A stretch of 62,763 nt of DNA, filler included, from Globobulimina sp. (taxonomy: Eukaryota), in NCBI GenBank assembly GCA_003354225.1. It is 34 parts of 34 records of this genome, joined end to end, with 100 filler letters (N's around TTAATTAATTAA, not from the genome) between each part and the next. Parts side by side here need not be neighbours in the genome. Positions count along the whole stretch, not along the records: positions 1 to 1,751 come from PIVH01012373.1; positions 1,852 to 3,601 come from PIVH01012374.1; positions 3,702 to 5,451 come from PIVH01012375.1; positions 5,552 to 7,301 come from PIVH01012376.1; positions 7,402 to 9,151 come from PIVH01012377.1; positions 9,252 to 11,001 come from PIVH01012378.1; 28 more parts are not named here. One strand, given 5' to 3'. The translations under genes and the position numbers were made by a program. Positions within the stretch are counted from its first letter, which is position 1. Each line of letters begins with the position of its first letter. Below the pieces are notes generated by a model. The model did no database searches, was not told the DNA's origin, and was given only the letters and a program-made list of their open reading frames with translations. Positions 1 through 11,101 of this stretch are shown in pieces.

Positions 1-80
1 AAAAAAACATTATAAAGGCGGCCGAAGGCCGCCGCCTTCGGCGGCCGCCGAAGGCGGCCCCGCCTTTATAATATTTTTTT
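1..80. repeat. Branched GC-rich palindrome at the contig end
   Basis: 1-21 (aaaaaaacattataaaggcgg) pairs with 60-80 with one mismatch. 31-58 is a perfect 28-bp palindrome that can refold into gccgcc-TTC-ggcggc and cgcc-GAA-ggcg arms. ggcc-GAA-ggcc lies at 20-30. Confidence 0.9.
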
Positions 81-278
81 GCATGCTAAGAAACGTTGCT
101 TTTAACTTTGAGACTGAATTTGTGTTTTGATTGGACCGTGAATGGAAAAGTAAATTTATTAAATCAATGGAAATATTCAATGCAAACTTATTATATAAAA
201 ACAACCAAACTCATAAAAAGTATATAAAAATATATATGTACGACGGCAAGATATAAAAACAAAAAAAACAAATCAATT

Positions 279-1379
279 TCATCTTTTTTCAATGTCATTG
301 CCATTAATGGCATGAGTTTTGGTATTTTCCACCAAAATAACTGAATAAATTCTTAATTTATTCCTCTTAATATCAAATATAAAATCCATATCATCCACAT
401 AATATTTTCTTATTCCAATTACTTTCTCAAATAACGATCCTGTACTTACAGGAAATAAATTATTCGCTTGATCCAATGATAAATTCCATCTCTTTACATG
501 TCCACCATCACCAACATCTATATTCTCCTCATAATCACTTAATTTTTTCTTAATATAATGCCGCCATATTTTACCATCTACATTCTCAAAAAATTGTAAT
601 CTTTTCGCTTTTCCATTTTTTTTAAATTGATTATTTAATTTATTTTCCAATATATGATACCAAAAATCCTTCGCATTCTGTTCCATATAAAACTGCGCCA
701 AATTCCCGACCGCTATAATTTCCTTTGAATACAGATAATAATCCACATCCGATATAAATCCATCACCGCCTCCAATAATCCTTCCATATGCATCCAATTC
801 TCGTCCTATAGCTACAAAATAATTATCATACCCAGGCCACACATAAAGTTGATTATTACGTGGCATTCCCGAAATTGCGTAATATTTCTTCTCTTTTTCA
901 TCATAAACAATATCGCCAATACGTAACTGCGACCGCTTCAACTCAGCACGCTCCATAAACCATCCACTAAATCCTCCATATTCGCCATGTCCTAATTGGC
1001 ATTCATTGGATAGCTGCCATACTTCCGAGCTATCCAATAAACCACTCAACGACTCTCCATACAATCCAGGCAATCCATGCCATTCCACATTAATAAAATA
1101 GTCATCTCCGGTCTTCACAGGTTTCACCCAATAGATCGCTTTGATGTGGGTCGGCTCAGCATATTCTTTCTTCTCTTTCTTCTCTTTCTTATTGTTGGTA
1201 TTGCTATTATTGTTGTTGTTGTTTCTTTTCTTCTTCTTAGGCGCCGGCCATTGCACCAATAGCTTTCCTTTCGTCGATATTAATCCACGATTTCGTCGAT
1301 TTGGTCTGGCAACAGGTTGTGTTGATGGCTGTACCTTGTTGCGACGTGGACGGAAGTTGTAAACATGGCTGTAAGCCAT
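279..1379 (-). CDS. Orphan 366-aa protein: Arg/Lys-rich N-terminus, poly-Asn tract, possible chromo-like segment
   Basis: Long uninterrupted ORF. EYAEPTHIKAI...DDYFINVEWHGLP loosely resembles chromo/chromoshadow YLVKWxG. A ctaac-T-tract-cag lies just upstream of the ATG. Confidence 0.6.
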   Translation of the reverse strand: MAYSHVYNFRPRRNKVQPSTQPVARPNRRNRGLISTKGKLLVQWPAPKKKKRNNNNNNSNTNNKKEKKEKKEYAEPTHIKAIYWVKPVKTGDDYFINVEWHGLPGLYGESLSGLLDSSEVWQLSNECQLGHGEYGGFSGWFMERAELKRSQLRIGDIVYDEKEKKYYAISGMPRNNQLYVWPGYDNYFVAIGRELDAYGRIIGGGDGFISDVDYYLYSKEIIAVGNLAQFYMEQNAKDFWYHILENKLNNQFKKNGKAKRLQFFENVDGKIWRHYIKKKLSDYEENIDVGDGGHVKRWNLSLDQANNLFPVSTGSLFEKVIGIRKYYVDDMDFIFDIKRNKLRIYSVILVENTKTHAINGNDIEKR

Positions 1380-1751
1380 GCTTTGACTGAAAAAAAAAAG
1401 TTAGAAAAATGAGGATGATTGAGGATGATCGATTATCGAAAATTCACGTACGTGCTCAACCTGCAATGCCAAACACAAAAAAAAGCCAGGAAGTGATAGT
1501 AGATGATATTATTAGATCATGTACCAAATATAAAGTTGATAGTGCACAGTTATGGTATAGCTGGAAATTTGGTAAAATTTCACAAATCTACTGGACAAAT
1601 CTCAAAACAAGTTCCGAGTGGCTTTGCATTGCTGTAAATATTATTATTATTATTACTGTTACGTTTTTGTGGTAATTTAGCGGTGTTGAAACCAACTATT
1701 TTTGTCTTTGCTTGAAAAGATACTTTTGCTCGTTCTTGAAGGGACATATTT

Positions 1752-1851
1752 NNNNNNNNNNNNNNNNNNNNNNNNNNNNNNNNNNNNNNNNNNNNTTAAT
1801 TAATTAANNNNNNNNNNNNNNNNNNNNNNNNNNNNNNNNNNNNNNNNNNNN
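1752..1851. other. Artificial contig linker (first of 33 identical spacers)
   Basis: N44-ttaattaattaa-N44 recurs about every 1850 bp. The core gives stops in all six frames. Contig lengths fall monotonically from 1751 to 1747 bp. Confidence 0.99.
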
Positions 1852-3601
1852 TAGATCAATGCAACTTTGTAGAGGTTCCGGACGATGATTCCATTCAAAT
1901 CATTGAAAATATCAAACAATACATTGACGATCACATTCATTCGACGTTTTGGCAAAAATATTTAGAACCTCCATGGGACCCGCTCATACACCGCCATGGG
2001 CCGACATTGCCATGATACCAATTATTAGAAAAGCAAAGAGTTTATTAAATAACATCATTATTAAAAATGGCATGAAAATATATCGCGATGACTTAACTAT
2101 GATTTGGACGGGAAAATTTGATTCGGCACTTATTATTACATCAACTTTAAACAAAATAAATAAAAATATACAGTTTAAAATGGAGAAACCAAAGGATTTA
2201 ACCATTGGAAAACAAATTCATTATTTAAACAGTACGGTGACAGTAAGCGACGTTGGATTACTCAGCAAACATTATATTAAACCAATGAAATGCACAAACC
2301 CTTTGGATCCGAATAGTCATCATAATAAACACATATTTTATGCGATGCCGATAACCCTATTACGTGAAGTCTGAGTTGTTTCCGGCGATATTTATTTACA
2401 AAGTGCGATGAGCCGAATAGTATTAGAATTATTACAAGCCGGTTATCCAAAGAATGCAGTATTAAACACTTGGAAAAAATACTCAACAATGTCTAAAATG
2501 GACTTATAATTTAAAGAATATGCGCAAACAATACGATTTCATCCATGATCCATACGAAGAGTATTTATTATCGAAACAGCGAAGAAAAGCAAATTTTAAT
2601 TCATCTGAAAACAAGAAAAAATATCATAAAAAGAGAAATGAATTATTTTTTAATACAAACAACATTCAATTAATACTGAAACACCACCCAAATTTGCCGA
2701 AAATTGAGACTTTAATAGATAATATGTTCAATATTTTTAGAATTGATCCCGAAATCTGCGGTAAATATGGTTTTATTAAACGGGAAGACATTGAAATACA
2801 TTATAAGAGAGATAAAAATATATTGGAATTACTACCAATTGGATATCTTCCAAAAACCTCTGAATTGGCATTAAATGCGGAGCAAATTAAGGAGGCATTA
2901 ATATTGATACAACAATCAAATTTAAAACAATATATTACGAATGATTATATTTGGAGCAATTATCGAGATTTATTTGATGAAATTATAAACATCAAAAAAA
3001 CAAATCATTTTAACGGCAATCTAGGATTAATTACATTAAATTGGTTCACATCAAACAATATTGATTTAATGCAGCATACATTCTTGGAATTAAACACAGT
3101 AAAATTGATTATTAAATATTCAACAAAAATTAAACGAAATGATATCCGATCTTTTTGTATACCGCAAACTACGCCAAATACAAATAAGATACAAACAAAA
3201 ACAAGAAATCTACCAAACGGTTGCTTTCCGTGCAACAAAAATTGTGGTGTTTGTACAACAAAGAATCGCAACGGAACACAATTATTACTATCTGGTGATT
3301 ATTATATATCGGCAAAATTAAATAGAAAAATTAAGATTACTCAGCATTTTAATTGCAATTCGGATTGGATTATTTATGTAATGTGTTGTATAAATTGTGG
3401 CATTGAGTCGATTGGTTCCACACAAAATGCGGCAAAAATAAGAATAAGTCAACATAAAAAGGCTATAATTAATAATAAAGATGCTTACAATTATCCAATG
3501 GTCAGACATTTCAACCGCATCAATACCGACTGCTATGATGAAAACAACAGATTAAAGAACTGTAGATTTATGATATTAGATGGTCTAAAAAAGAATACAG
3601 T
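1852..3601 (+). mobile_element. Decayed Penelope-like retroelement (RT C-terminus, thumb, Cys linker, GIY-YIG endonuclease), partial
   Basis: RT motifs TSMGPAHTPPWADIAM and IYRDD; thumb SHH...AGYPK; linker GCFPCNKNCGVC; endonuclease FNCNSDWIIYVMCCINCGIESIGST...RISQH...HF. Frameshift near 1960, in-frame TGA at 2372, TAA plus frame change near 2507. Confidence 0.88.
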
Positions 3602-4045
3602 NNNNNNNNNNNNNNNNNNNNNNNNNNNNNNNNNNNNNNNNNNNNTTAATTAATTAANNNNNNNNNNNNNNNNNNNNNNNNNNNNNNNNNNNNNNNNNNN
3701 NTGGATCAAAAAACTGTGCTCTCGTCCAATGATAACATATTTGTGGCTTTGCAGTCGATAAACCACGTCTTATTTTAACAGAAATAAATATATTACAAAC
3801 AAATTTCAATTCCAATCATAATAAAACATACTCTTTACACATCTGCAGATATTTTGTCACAAAATTTTGAGCGAATAATAGGTTAACAATACAGCTTACA
3901 TTGAAAACATCCCGTAACATTTCAATCATTTTCAAAGCAACTTGATCTCGAACAGTCAGTACGTCGGGAACTGTTTTTTATTTTTGTATACAACTTATGT
4001 GAATATAAGTTGTTTGCGATTGAATGTACTGTGTAGTGAAAGTAA

Positions 4046-4662
4046 TTAACTTTTTGGTTTGGGCCGCTTAGTACCACAGGCATCACATTCATACGATTGC
4101 ACATTTAAATTCATTGTGAAACACGATGCACAAAACCATGCCAATCCCTTTTTGTTTTTTGTTGTTGACATTTAATATATATGAACGGAACTAAACTTCA
4201 GCAAATTCCTTTTGCATTTTCAAAGCGATTTGCCTGTCGTTCGTAAATTGTATTTCGTCCACTTGATACTGTATATTTATATCAGACCATTTAAAAATAA
4301 TTATAAATACTTAATGAGTAATTTTAACTTTTTGTTCCAATTGTTTTGCTGCTTTAATATCATTATGAAACTGTTTCCTTTCGTGTTGTTCCCGGACTTG
4401 TATTCGTTGAGCAATATCCATATTTTGTTGCATTTCCAGCTTATCCGTAAGTTGTTTGTTTTGAAAATTTCAATATAACCAATCTAGAAACCTGTTGTTG
4501 AGCTTGTATTTGTTGAGCAATATGCATATTTTGCTCCATTTCCAGCTTATCAGTAAGTTGTTTGTTATAACATTTTTATGTAAATGAAGGTGCAATGTGC
4601 ATATATATGAACCTGTTGTTGTAACTGTTTTGCAGTTTGTAGATCGGAATAATATTGCGTCA
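4046..4662 (-). CDS. 3' part of a eukaryotic coiled-coil protein ending in a RanBP2/NZF-type zinc finger (exon structure unresolved)
   Basis: Manual translation of 4046-4140 gives [26 protein letters not shown]. An imperfect ~55-bp direct repeat lies at ~4407-4460 and ~4512-4566. Confidence 0.55.
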
Positions 4663-4669
4663 TTTTTTG

Positions 4670-5269
4670 TGCTTCTTGATTCAGAATATCTGCACCAATG
4701 TTTGACGTCATTACAATAATTGCATGACGGAAATCAACTTTTTTACCTTGAGCGTCAGTTACGTAACCGTCTTCCATAATTTGTAAAAGAATGTTGAAGA
4801 ACTCAGGATGTGCTTTTTCAATTTCATCAAAAAGTACAACACTATAAGGTTTTCTGCGAATTGCTTCTGTCAGTTGCCCGCCTTCTTCATAACCAACATA
4901 TCCCGCGGTCGCACCAAGGAAACGCGAAACATTATGTTTTTCCATAAACTCAGACATATCAATTTTAATCAAAGCGTCTTTTGAATCATAAACTTCTTTA
5001 GCCAGAGTTTTGACTAATTCTGTTTTTCCGACACCAGTAGGCCCTAGGAAAATGAATGAACCAATTGGACGATCTTTATTTGATACACCGACACGTGCAC
5101 GTCTGATTGCTTTTGAAACTTCAACAATCGCTTCGTTTTGACCGATAATATATTTTTTAATATGGTTCTCGAGATTGATTAATTTGTCGATATCAGATTT
5201 AACGAGCTTAGTCGTAGGAATTCCAGTCATATGTCCAATTACCTCCGCAATGTCATTTTCTGTAATTCT
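4670..5269 (-). CDS. clpC: Internal fragment (second AAA+ domain) of a bacterial ClpC/ClpB-type ATPase, joined to unrelated DNA on both sides
   Basis: [26 protein letters not shown] (Walker A), [35 protein letters not shown] (Walker B), MTSNIG. Confidence 0.9.
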
Positions 5270-5958
5270 AGTCCGGGCTTTAGAGTATAAGTATAATATC
5301 CTGTTTTTATCTATAATTTTAAACCAAACTTCATGAATTCCGCTTGTAGCACTTCTTGGATTAAATAAATATTGAGCTTTAATGGTATCATTGCTTATAA
5401 TATAGCTTCCATTTAATCCCATTCTTCTTGGGCATACATGGGAAGCCCGGCNNNNNNNNNNNNNNNNNNNNNNNNNNNNNNNNNNNNNNNNNNNNTTAAT
5501 TAATTAANNNNNNNNNNNNNNNNNNNNNNNNNNNNNNNNNNNNNNNNNNNNCGATTTCATTGGGCGGGATTTGTTGCACTGGCATTTTAAAAAAGGTTAT
5601 GGAGATTTGTGCATTTTCACGCGCTTTTGCTCGGACACTCGTATTCCAAATATAATCCATTATATCTCGCATAAATAGACAGCCATAGGTAATGCAGAGG
5701 TGCGATTGTCGTTTACGAATAATTGTGGCATCATTCATGTGGGATTGTTATAGTGGCGAACAATCTTGGCCGTGAATGAACAGTTTGAAGTGTCGAATTT
5801 CTCGTGACTTGATCGTATGGATTCCATAAAGGTGGTGGTGTTGATGTATCAGATGGTGGTGTAGCTATAGTTTGTTTTTGTGCCATGATTAGTTTTTTGT
5901 CAAGCGAGATGTTAGATATTGAATTCGAAGTTTTTTGAAGAGCTAGTCATCCTTCACC

Positions 5959-6264
5959 ATGTTGCCGTTTCTCGCTGGTAACAACAACAATGTAATTGAT
6001 GGTAATAGAAACACAAACAATAGCCATAACAGTATCAATAGCAATAATAATCATTTTCATATTACCAATGTTTTATTACCACCAACCTCCCCATATTTAT
6101 CATATAATATGCCTCCATTTATCAATCCAATCATGGCAATGAATACAAATACAATTAATACCCCATCACATATGCCAATGATTATGAATAATGTACGTAA
6201 ACGAAAAAGAGCAATAGAAATAGAAATAGCACCAGCACAAAAAAAACAAAAAATCACCAGTTAA
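5959..6264 (+). CDS. Low-complexity Asn/Pro/Met-rich protein with a basic NLS-like tail
   Basis: ORF with RKRKR and KKQK; no recognisable domain. Confidence 0.35.
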   Translation: MLPFLAGNNNNVIDGNRNTNNSHNSINSNNNHFHITNVLLPPTSPYLSYNMPPFINPIMAMNTNTINTPSHMPMIMNNVRKRKRAIEIEIAPAQKKQKITS

Positions 6265-6429
6265 ACAATAATATAAATGTATACATAAACATATGCAGAT
6301 CAATGTAAACAAATATTTTCAGCACAACCTAAAAATCATAAAAAAGCAAAAAGACCAAGTTAAAATTTCTCAAATAAATTCACTAAATTAAAAAACATAT
6401 AATTCACAGATTATAGCAATGAGAAAGTA

Positions 6430-6801
6430 ATGGAAATACAAAGAAGAAATAAAGAAATCGATAAAATAATGCCATGGGTATCAAAGGAAAGAGATATTTT
6501 ATCGAATCATTTGGAAAATAAAACCATTTTAATCTGCGCTGCGAAACCCATTGATTTCAGCAAAAAAAAAGACAACAGACCAAGGAAAACAGCAGAAAAA
6601 CCGAAATGGGATTTTTCTCCTCTTGTTCAAAAAAGGGAAATTATTTATATCAAAGTTGAAGATAAAGACGGTAATACCATTGAAAAAGAGATCACTGAGT
6701 ATACTTGTTTATGTAATAAAATTCATAAAAGTGCCAGTAAACTCAATCGTTGCATTTCTTTTCATGTACGCAATTATTGTGGATTAAATCAAACAGGCTA
6801 A
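6430..6801 (+). CDS. Hypothetical protein with a degenerate C-x-C...H/C Zn-finger-like end
   Basis: KWDFSPLV...YTCLCNKIHKSASKLNRCISFH. Confidence 0.35.
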   Translation: MEIQRRNKEIDKIMPWVSKERDILSNHLENKTILICAAKPIDFSKKKDNRPRKTAEKPKWDFSPLVQKREIIYIKVEDKDGNTIEKEITEYTCLCNKIHKSASKLNRCISFHVRNYCGLNQTG

Positions 6802-8056
6802 GTATGTTGAATTGTAATTAATAATAACTAATCGAATTTTTTTGTTTCACGATTTGCTCAAGGCATATTTGTATTTTATCACAACTCACAAGTCAGTAAA
6901 AGGGCGCCCCAAGGCATGCAAATGACACTGTCCATAAACCCAAACATGGTGTATAAACAATTGGACACATGTTGTATATACATTTAGACAATGCTTACAC
7001 ATTTGAATATATGTTGTAACAACATTGGACAAATGCAGTATACATATAATTGGACACATTTTGTATACACATTGGAAACATACTGTATACACTTTTCTTT
7101 TATATTGAAGCATAATTCTTTTATATTTATTGATCTGATGGTTTTTTCATTGGATCTAATTCCAAAAACAATGTATACAAAACAGGAAGGAAAATAGGTT
7201 AATAATAAAATGTTAAAGGTAACATTTAACTTTTTGCTTTTCAGTTTGAAATTACTGTTTTTACTGTAAACTCTTTGAATTTACAGTTTTTTACAGATTA
7301 TNNNNNNNNNNNNNNNNNNNNNNNNNNNNNNNNNNNNNNNNNNNNTTAATTAATTAANNNNNNNNNNNNNNNNNNNNNNNNNNNNNNNNNNNNNNNNNNN
7401 NAGATTCTAAAAGGAAAGACTTCAATTCTTCGATTTGACAAAGTTAGAAATTGCCAAATTTTCACTTTTGAAAAAGTCTATCACATGTTTCTATTTTGTT
7501 TGTTGTGTTAATTAAAGAATGTATTTTGTTGTTTTGGGTGATATAGATAGCTCCACAAAGAATTTAAAGTTTCAGTAACAGCAGATTTTTTAAAGTTAAG
7601 GGTGACATGGTATCTGGTGTCTGTTTTTTTATTTTGACGATATACATATACACAGCAATTATTACGGCGCGAATTGAAAAAAATCAGAATAATTGTGGCA
7701 TTAATATCATTATTGACAATATCATTAATATCATAAATGACAATATAATTGAAACATTATTGGGCGGCATATTGCAAAAATATTATTAATAATATAAGAA
7801 TAATGGTATCAATGGTTCAACATTCACGAGTCCATCGCATCAGAATAAGCGATATAAACCGATCAAAAAGACCCAGCGCCATTAAATATGTACATGACAA
7901 CACCGCCAATCCATGAAAAATATAGTTTTAAATACAAATGAGTTTATATCTAAATGCGTTAAATGACCAGCAATTAATTGATATTTTATTAAGCAAAAAT
8001 CAAACTTATCTCAAGACCGTCTTTGATGCAAAAAATGCGTTGAAATATTTATCGCA

Positions 8057-8902
8057 TCGAAGGAATTTCTGAAAAGGAAGGATCATATCCTTCCCAAATC
8101 CTTCCTATATCCTTCCTATATGTAGCCAAGATATATCCAGATGTATCTCAACTATGTATCCAGACGTTGGTATATATCTGAAATACATATGTGATATATC
8201 TGGATATAGCTGAGATATATCTGGATATATCTTGGCTATATCTGATATATATGTAATTTGTTAACTGATTTTCTTGGTGTTTTGTTTTTCTTTTATATTT
8301 ACAAAAAATTTCACTCTAACTCTTTACATATTTAATACATGGATGGGAAATGCAACAAGATGGGAAATGTTTGGGTAACTCCTCCAGACCAATCACTTAA
8401 TTGTGATTATCAATTACAAAATAATGCAAATAATGTGCAACATACAACACCACAGTCATCACAGTCACAGCAATCACCAATATTTAAATTCGCAAATTGA
8501 GCATCATCTAAACCATTGTGGTAGTCATCAAATATTATCCATAATGTACCTAAACCAAAGTTATCACACGCCGCTGCCATACGACCATTATTTAAGTCAA
8601 TCATTTTATATATCTCAGATATATGTAGATATAGCTGAACGATATATTCAGATAGATACCCCCATGTATACCGAATATTTCCCTTACGTTTCCAACAAAC
8701 GTGAACAGAGAAAATGGTATACAGGGGATAGGAGTTATCTTTTTAATAGCATCGTTGAGATATTATAGATACTTTTCAGATGTATCCAGATGTATCCAGA
8801 TGTATACAGATGTATCTCAGCTACAGATGTATCTCAGATCTACATATATCTGACATTTATCAGATCCTTCCTTAGATCCTTCCTTTTCAGAAATTCCTTT
8901 GA
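8057..8902. mobile_element. Non-autonomous TIR element (MITE/foldback-like), 846 bp
   Basis: 8060-8084 (aaggaatttctgaaaaggaaggatc) is the exact reverse complement of 8875-8899, extending to 28 bp with one mismatch. Both subtermini carry atccttcc and gatatatc/gatgtatc repeats. No TSD found. Confidence 0.75.
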
Positions 8903-9023
8903 ATTTTTGAGGAGAAATGTGTGGATATTTTGAAGATCGGAATATAGATTTATTTGATTTCCATTCGTTTGGAATTGGCGTCATAATATAGATTATGGAT
9001 ATGATGCTATTAAATGCCATTTA

Positions 9024-9104
9024 GGTAAATATGAAGAATATGGAATTAAATATGGTTCCGGTGATGTAATTGAAATGAGAGTTGAATTTGAAAAACAAGA
9101 ATTG
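9024..9104 (+). other. Short SPRY-like coding fragment
   Basis: GKYEEYGIKYGSGDVIEMRVEFEKQEL resembles the SPRY GDxIxxxLD strand. Confidence 0.3.
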
Positions 9105-9251
9105 ATCAAGGAATTGCTTTTAGGAACATACAGTTGGCAAAAACGTATTATNNNNNNNNNNNNNNNNNNNNNNNNNNNNNNNNNNNNNNNNNNNNTTAAT
9201 TAATTAANNNNNNNNNNNNNNNNNNNNNNNNNNNNNNNNNNNNNNNNNNNN

Positions 9252-10711
9252 TTTTCGCATCTCTTGAAACATAAAACTTAGTGGATGGTCAACGCCCGAA
9301 TCCAACGTATTCCTCAAGCAATTATTCAATTTGTCGCCCTTCATAGTTCGCGTTGCTCTCTTTTTAAACCTGTATTTTGGGCCAAAAATATGTCCACCGG
9401 TTTTTGCTGAGAATCGAACTCTTTTTCGAGTTGCTTTCCTTCGCTTATTAGCATTCTTCCGATTCGATTTCAAATCATTTATCATTTGTGTATGCGAAAT
9501 CTGTCTCAATTTATCCGCTCCATTTTGCACTTCAACAGTACCGTTACTCCGTTGTTGTTTATATAATTTAAGATGTTTCAAATATAATTCTTTCATTTCC
9601 TGCGCATCTGTTTATTAATAAAACAAAACAAAAACATGTAAGAGGAAAAAACTCCCGCGGCCCATAAAATGCGTCGACAGAATCGACGCAAAACTCCGAG
9701 GCCAATTAAACAAACGGTCCTGTTCAATATCCCTCTCTTATCTCAATGTAGGCACTGTCAAATTCAATAATTAATAGAAAAGAAAAAAAGAGCAACTCAG
9801 ATGATTGGATATGGTGACATCTGTCATGTTGCAATAGATAGATATGGAAAGTGTGCCATTTTAACATTTGTGACTGATATAATTAAGGAAACTAAACTTT
9901 TGTTTAATTGTTCTATTTCTTCCTCGGCGCCTTCATCAATATTAACATCAAGATTTTTATACCATTTTTGAGTGCGTTGTGATTGATATTTTCGGACAAA
10001 TAGTTGTTTTGCGCGAAGTTGCAATGATTTCCATTTTGAACGATAGTACTGATGAGATAATGGATTGATGCTTTCGCCAGAATGCGGCAAAGAGATATAA
10101 TTCATGTCGGACACAAAGTTATTTTCCACATGTTTTGATGAGTGAGCTTTTTTATTGTCCCATAAATCGCGGTTCCGCGCATTTTTTGTGTTTTTGCGGT
10201 CATGTCTTATTTTATAGAGATGGTACGGATTATTCTTGTGATAATCAATGCGGTTTTTGTTTTGCTTAATGTTCGGATGATTATCTAACTGTATTTTTTT
10301 GTAATTTCCATTGGAGAATGTTATGAATGTGGTTTGTTTTGGCTGTGCGTGTTTATTGCCATATTTTTTTTCTTTTCGTGCTTGTTTAAATGCTGATAAT
10401 CGGCGTTGGTTTTTGTATTTTTTAATTTGTTGATTCAATGTATTGTTGGATTCAGTCGAATTTATTGTAAATCCAACAGCTAACAATTGTTCTTTTGCCA
10501 ATAATTTTGTTTGTGCTTTGCTTAATTTTTTTGATTTACGTGGTGCGGTATCTTGTTTCCATAGTTGTGAATCTCGTGATTTTTCTATTTTATGTTGTTG
10601 TTGTTCTAATGATATTTCTTGTGATGGGTTTTCTAACGGATTCACAACAATTTTACGCCAGCCACGTTTGCCTTTGGGTCTACGTTTAGTGTTAGACTTG
10701 GCTCGTCCCAT
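9252..10711 (-). CDS. NOP53: Ribosome biogenesis factor NOP53/GLTSCR2, multi-exon, 3'-partial
   Basis: N-terminal KGKRGWRK, central LPHSGESINP (family PHxGxSYNP), C-terminal exon 9252-9596 DKLNNCLR...LSFMFQEMRK. Introns between ~9610 and 9890 not resolved. Confidence 0.75.
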
Positions 10712-11101
10712 CAGGATGGAGGATGGTTAAGTTGAGGGATTTTTTGTTTTTTCAGTCTTTTTTCACTACTTCGGATCCTCATATCTTTTTTAAATTCAAT
10801 TTCAAATGTTGGCACTCGTTCCAGTCGTTTGTTTTATTTATAATTAATTATTTAATAATTCCGCGAATTGATTGCGAAAAACAGATAATTGCGCAAAATG
10901 CTAAAAAGTGTACATATTGCTTTTCTCCTCATATATACGTAGCAACTATTGCAGCAAACCGTTTCTTAGAGAATTGAACAAAATGTATGCAAGAGCATCC
11001 GNNNNNNNNNNNNNNNNNNNNNNNNNNNNNNNNNNNNNNNNNNNNTTAATTAATTAANNNNNNNNNNNNNNNNNNNNNNNNNNNNNNNNNNNNNNNNNNN
11101 N

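Noticed and set aside
1570..1747. SAC3/GANP-like motif (PLGTCFEICP) on the minus strand
   Set aside because: The frame closes a few codons later and nothing else supports the match.
2372..2374. In-frame TGA in the Penelope-like element as selenocysteine (as reported for Naiad elements)
   Set aside because: It falls at an Arg-like thumb position (LREV*VVS), consistent with CGA>TGA, and the copy also has a TAA and frameshifts.
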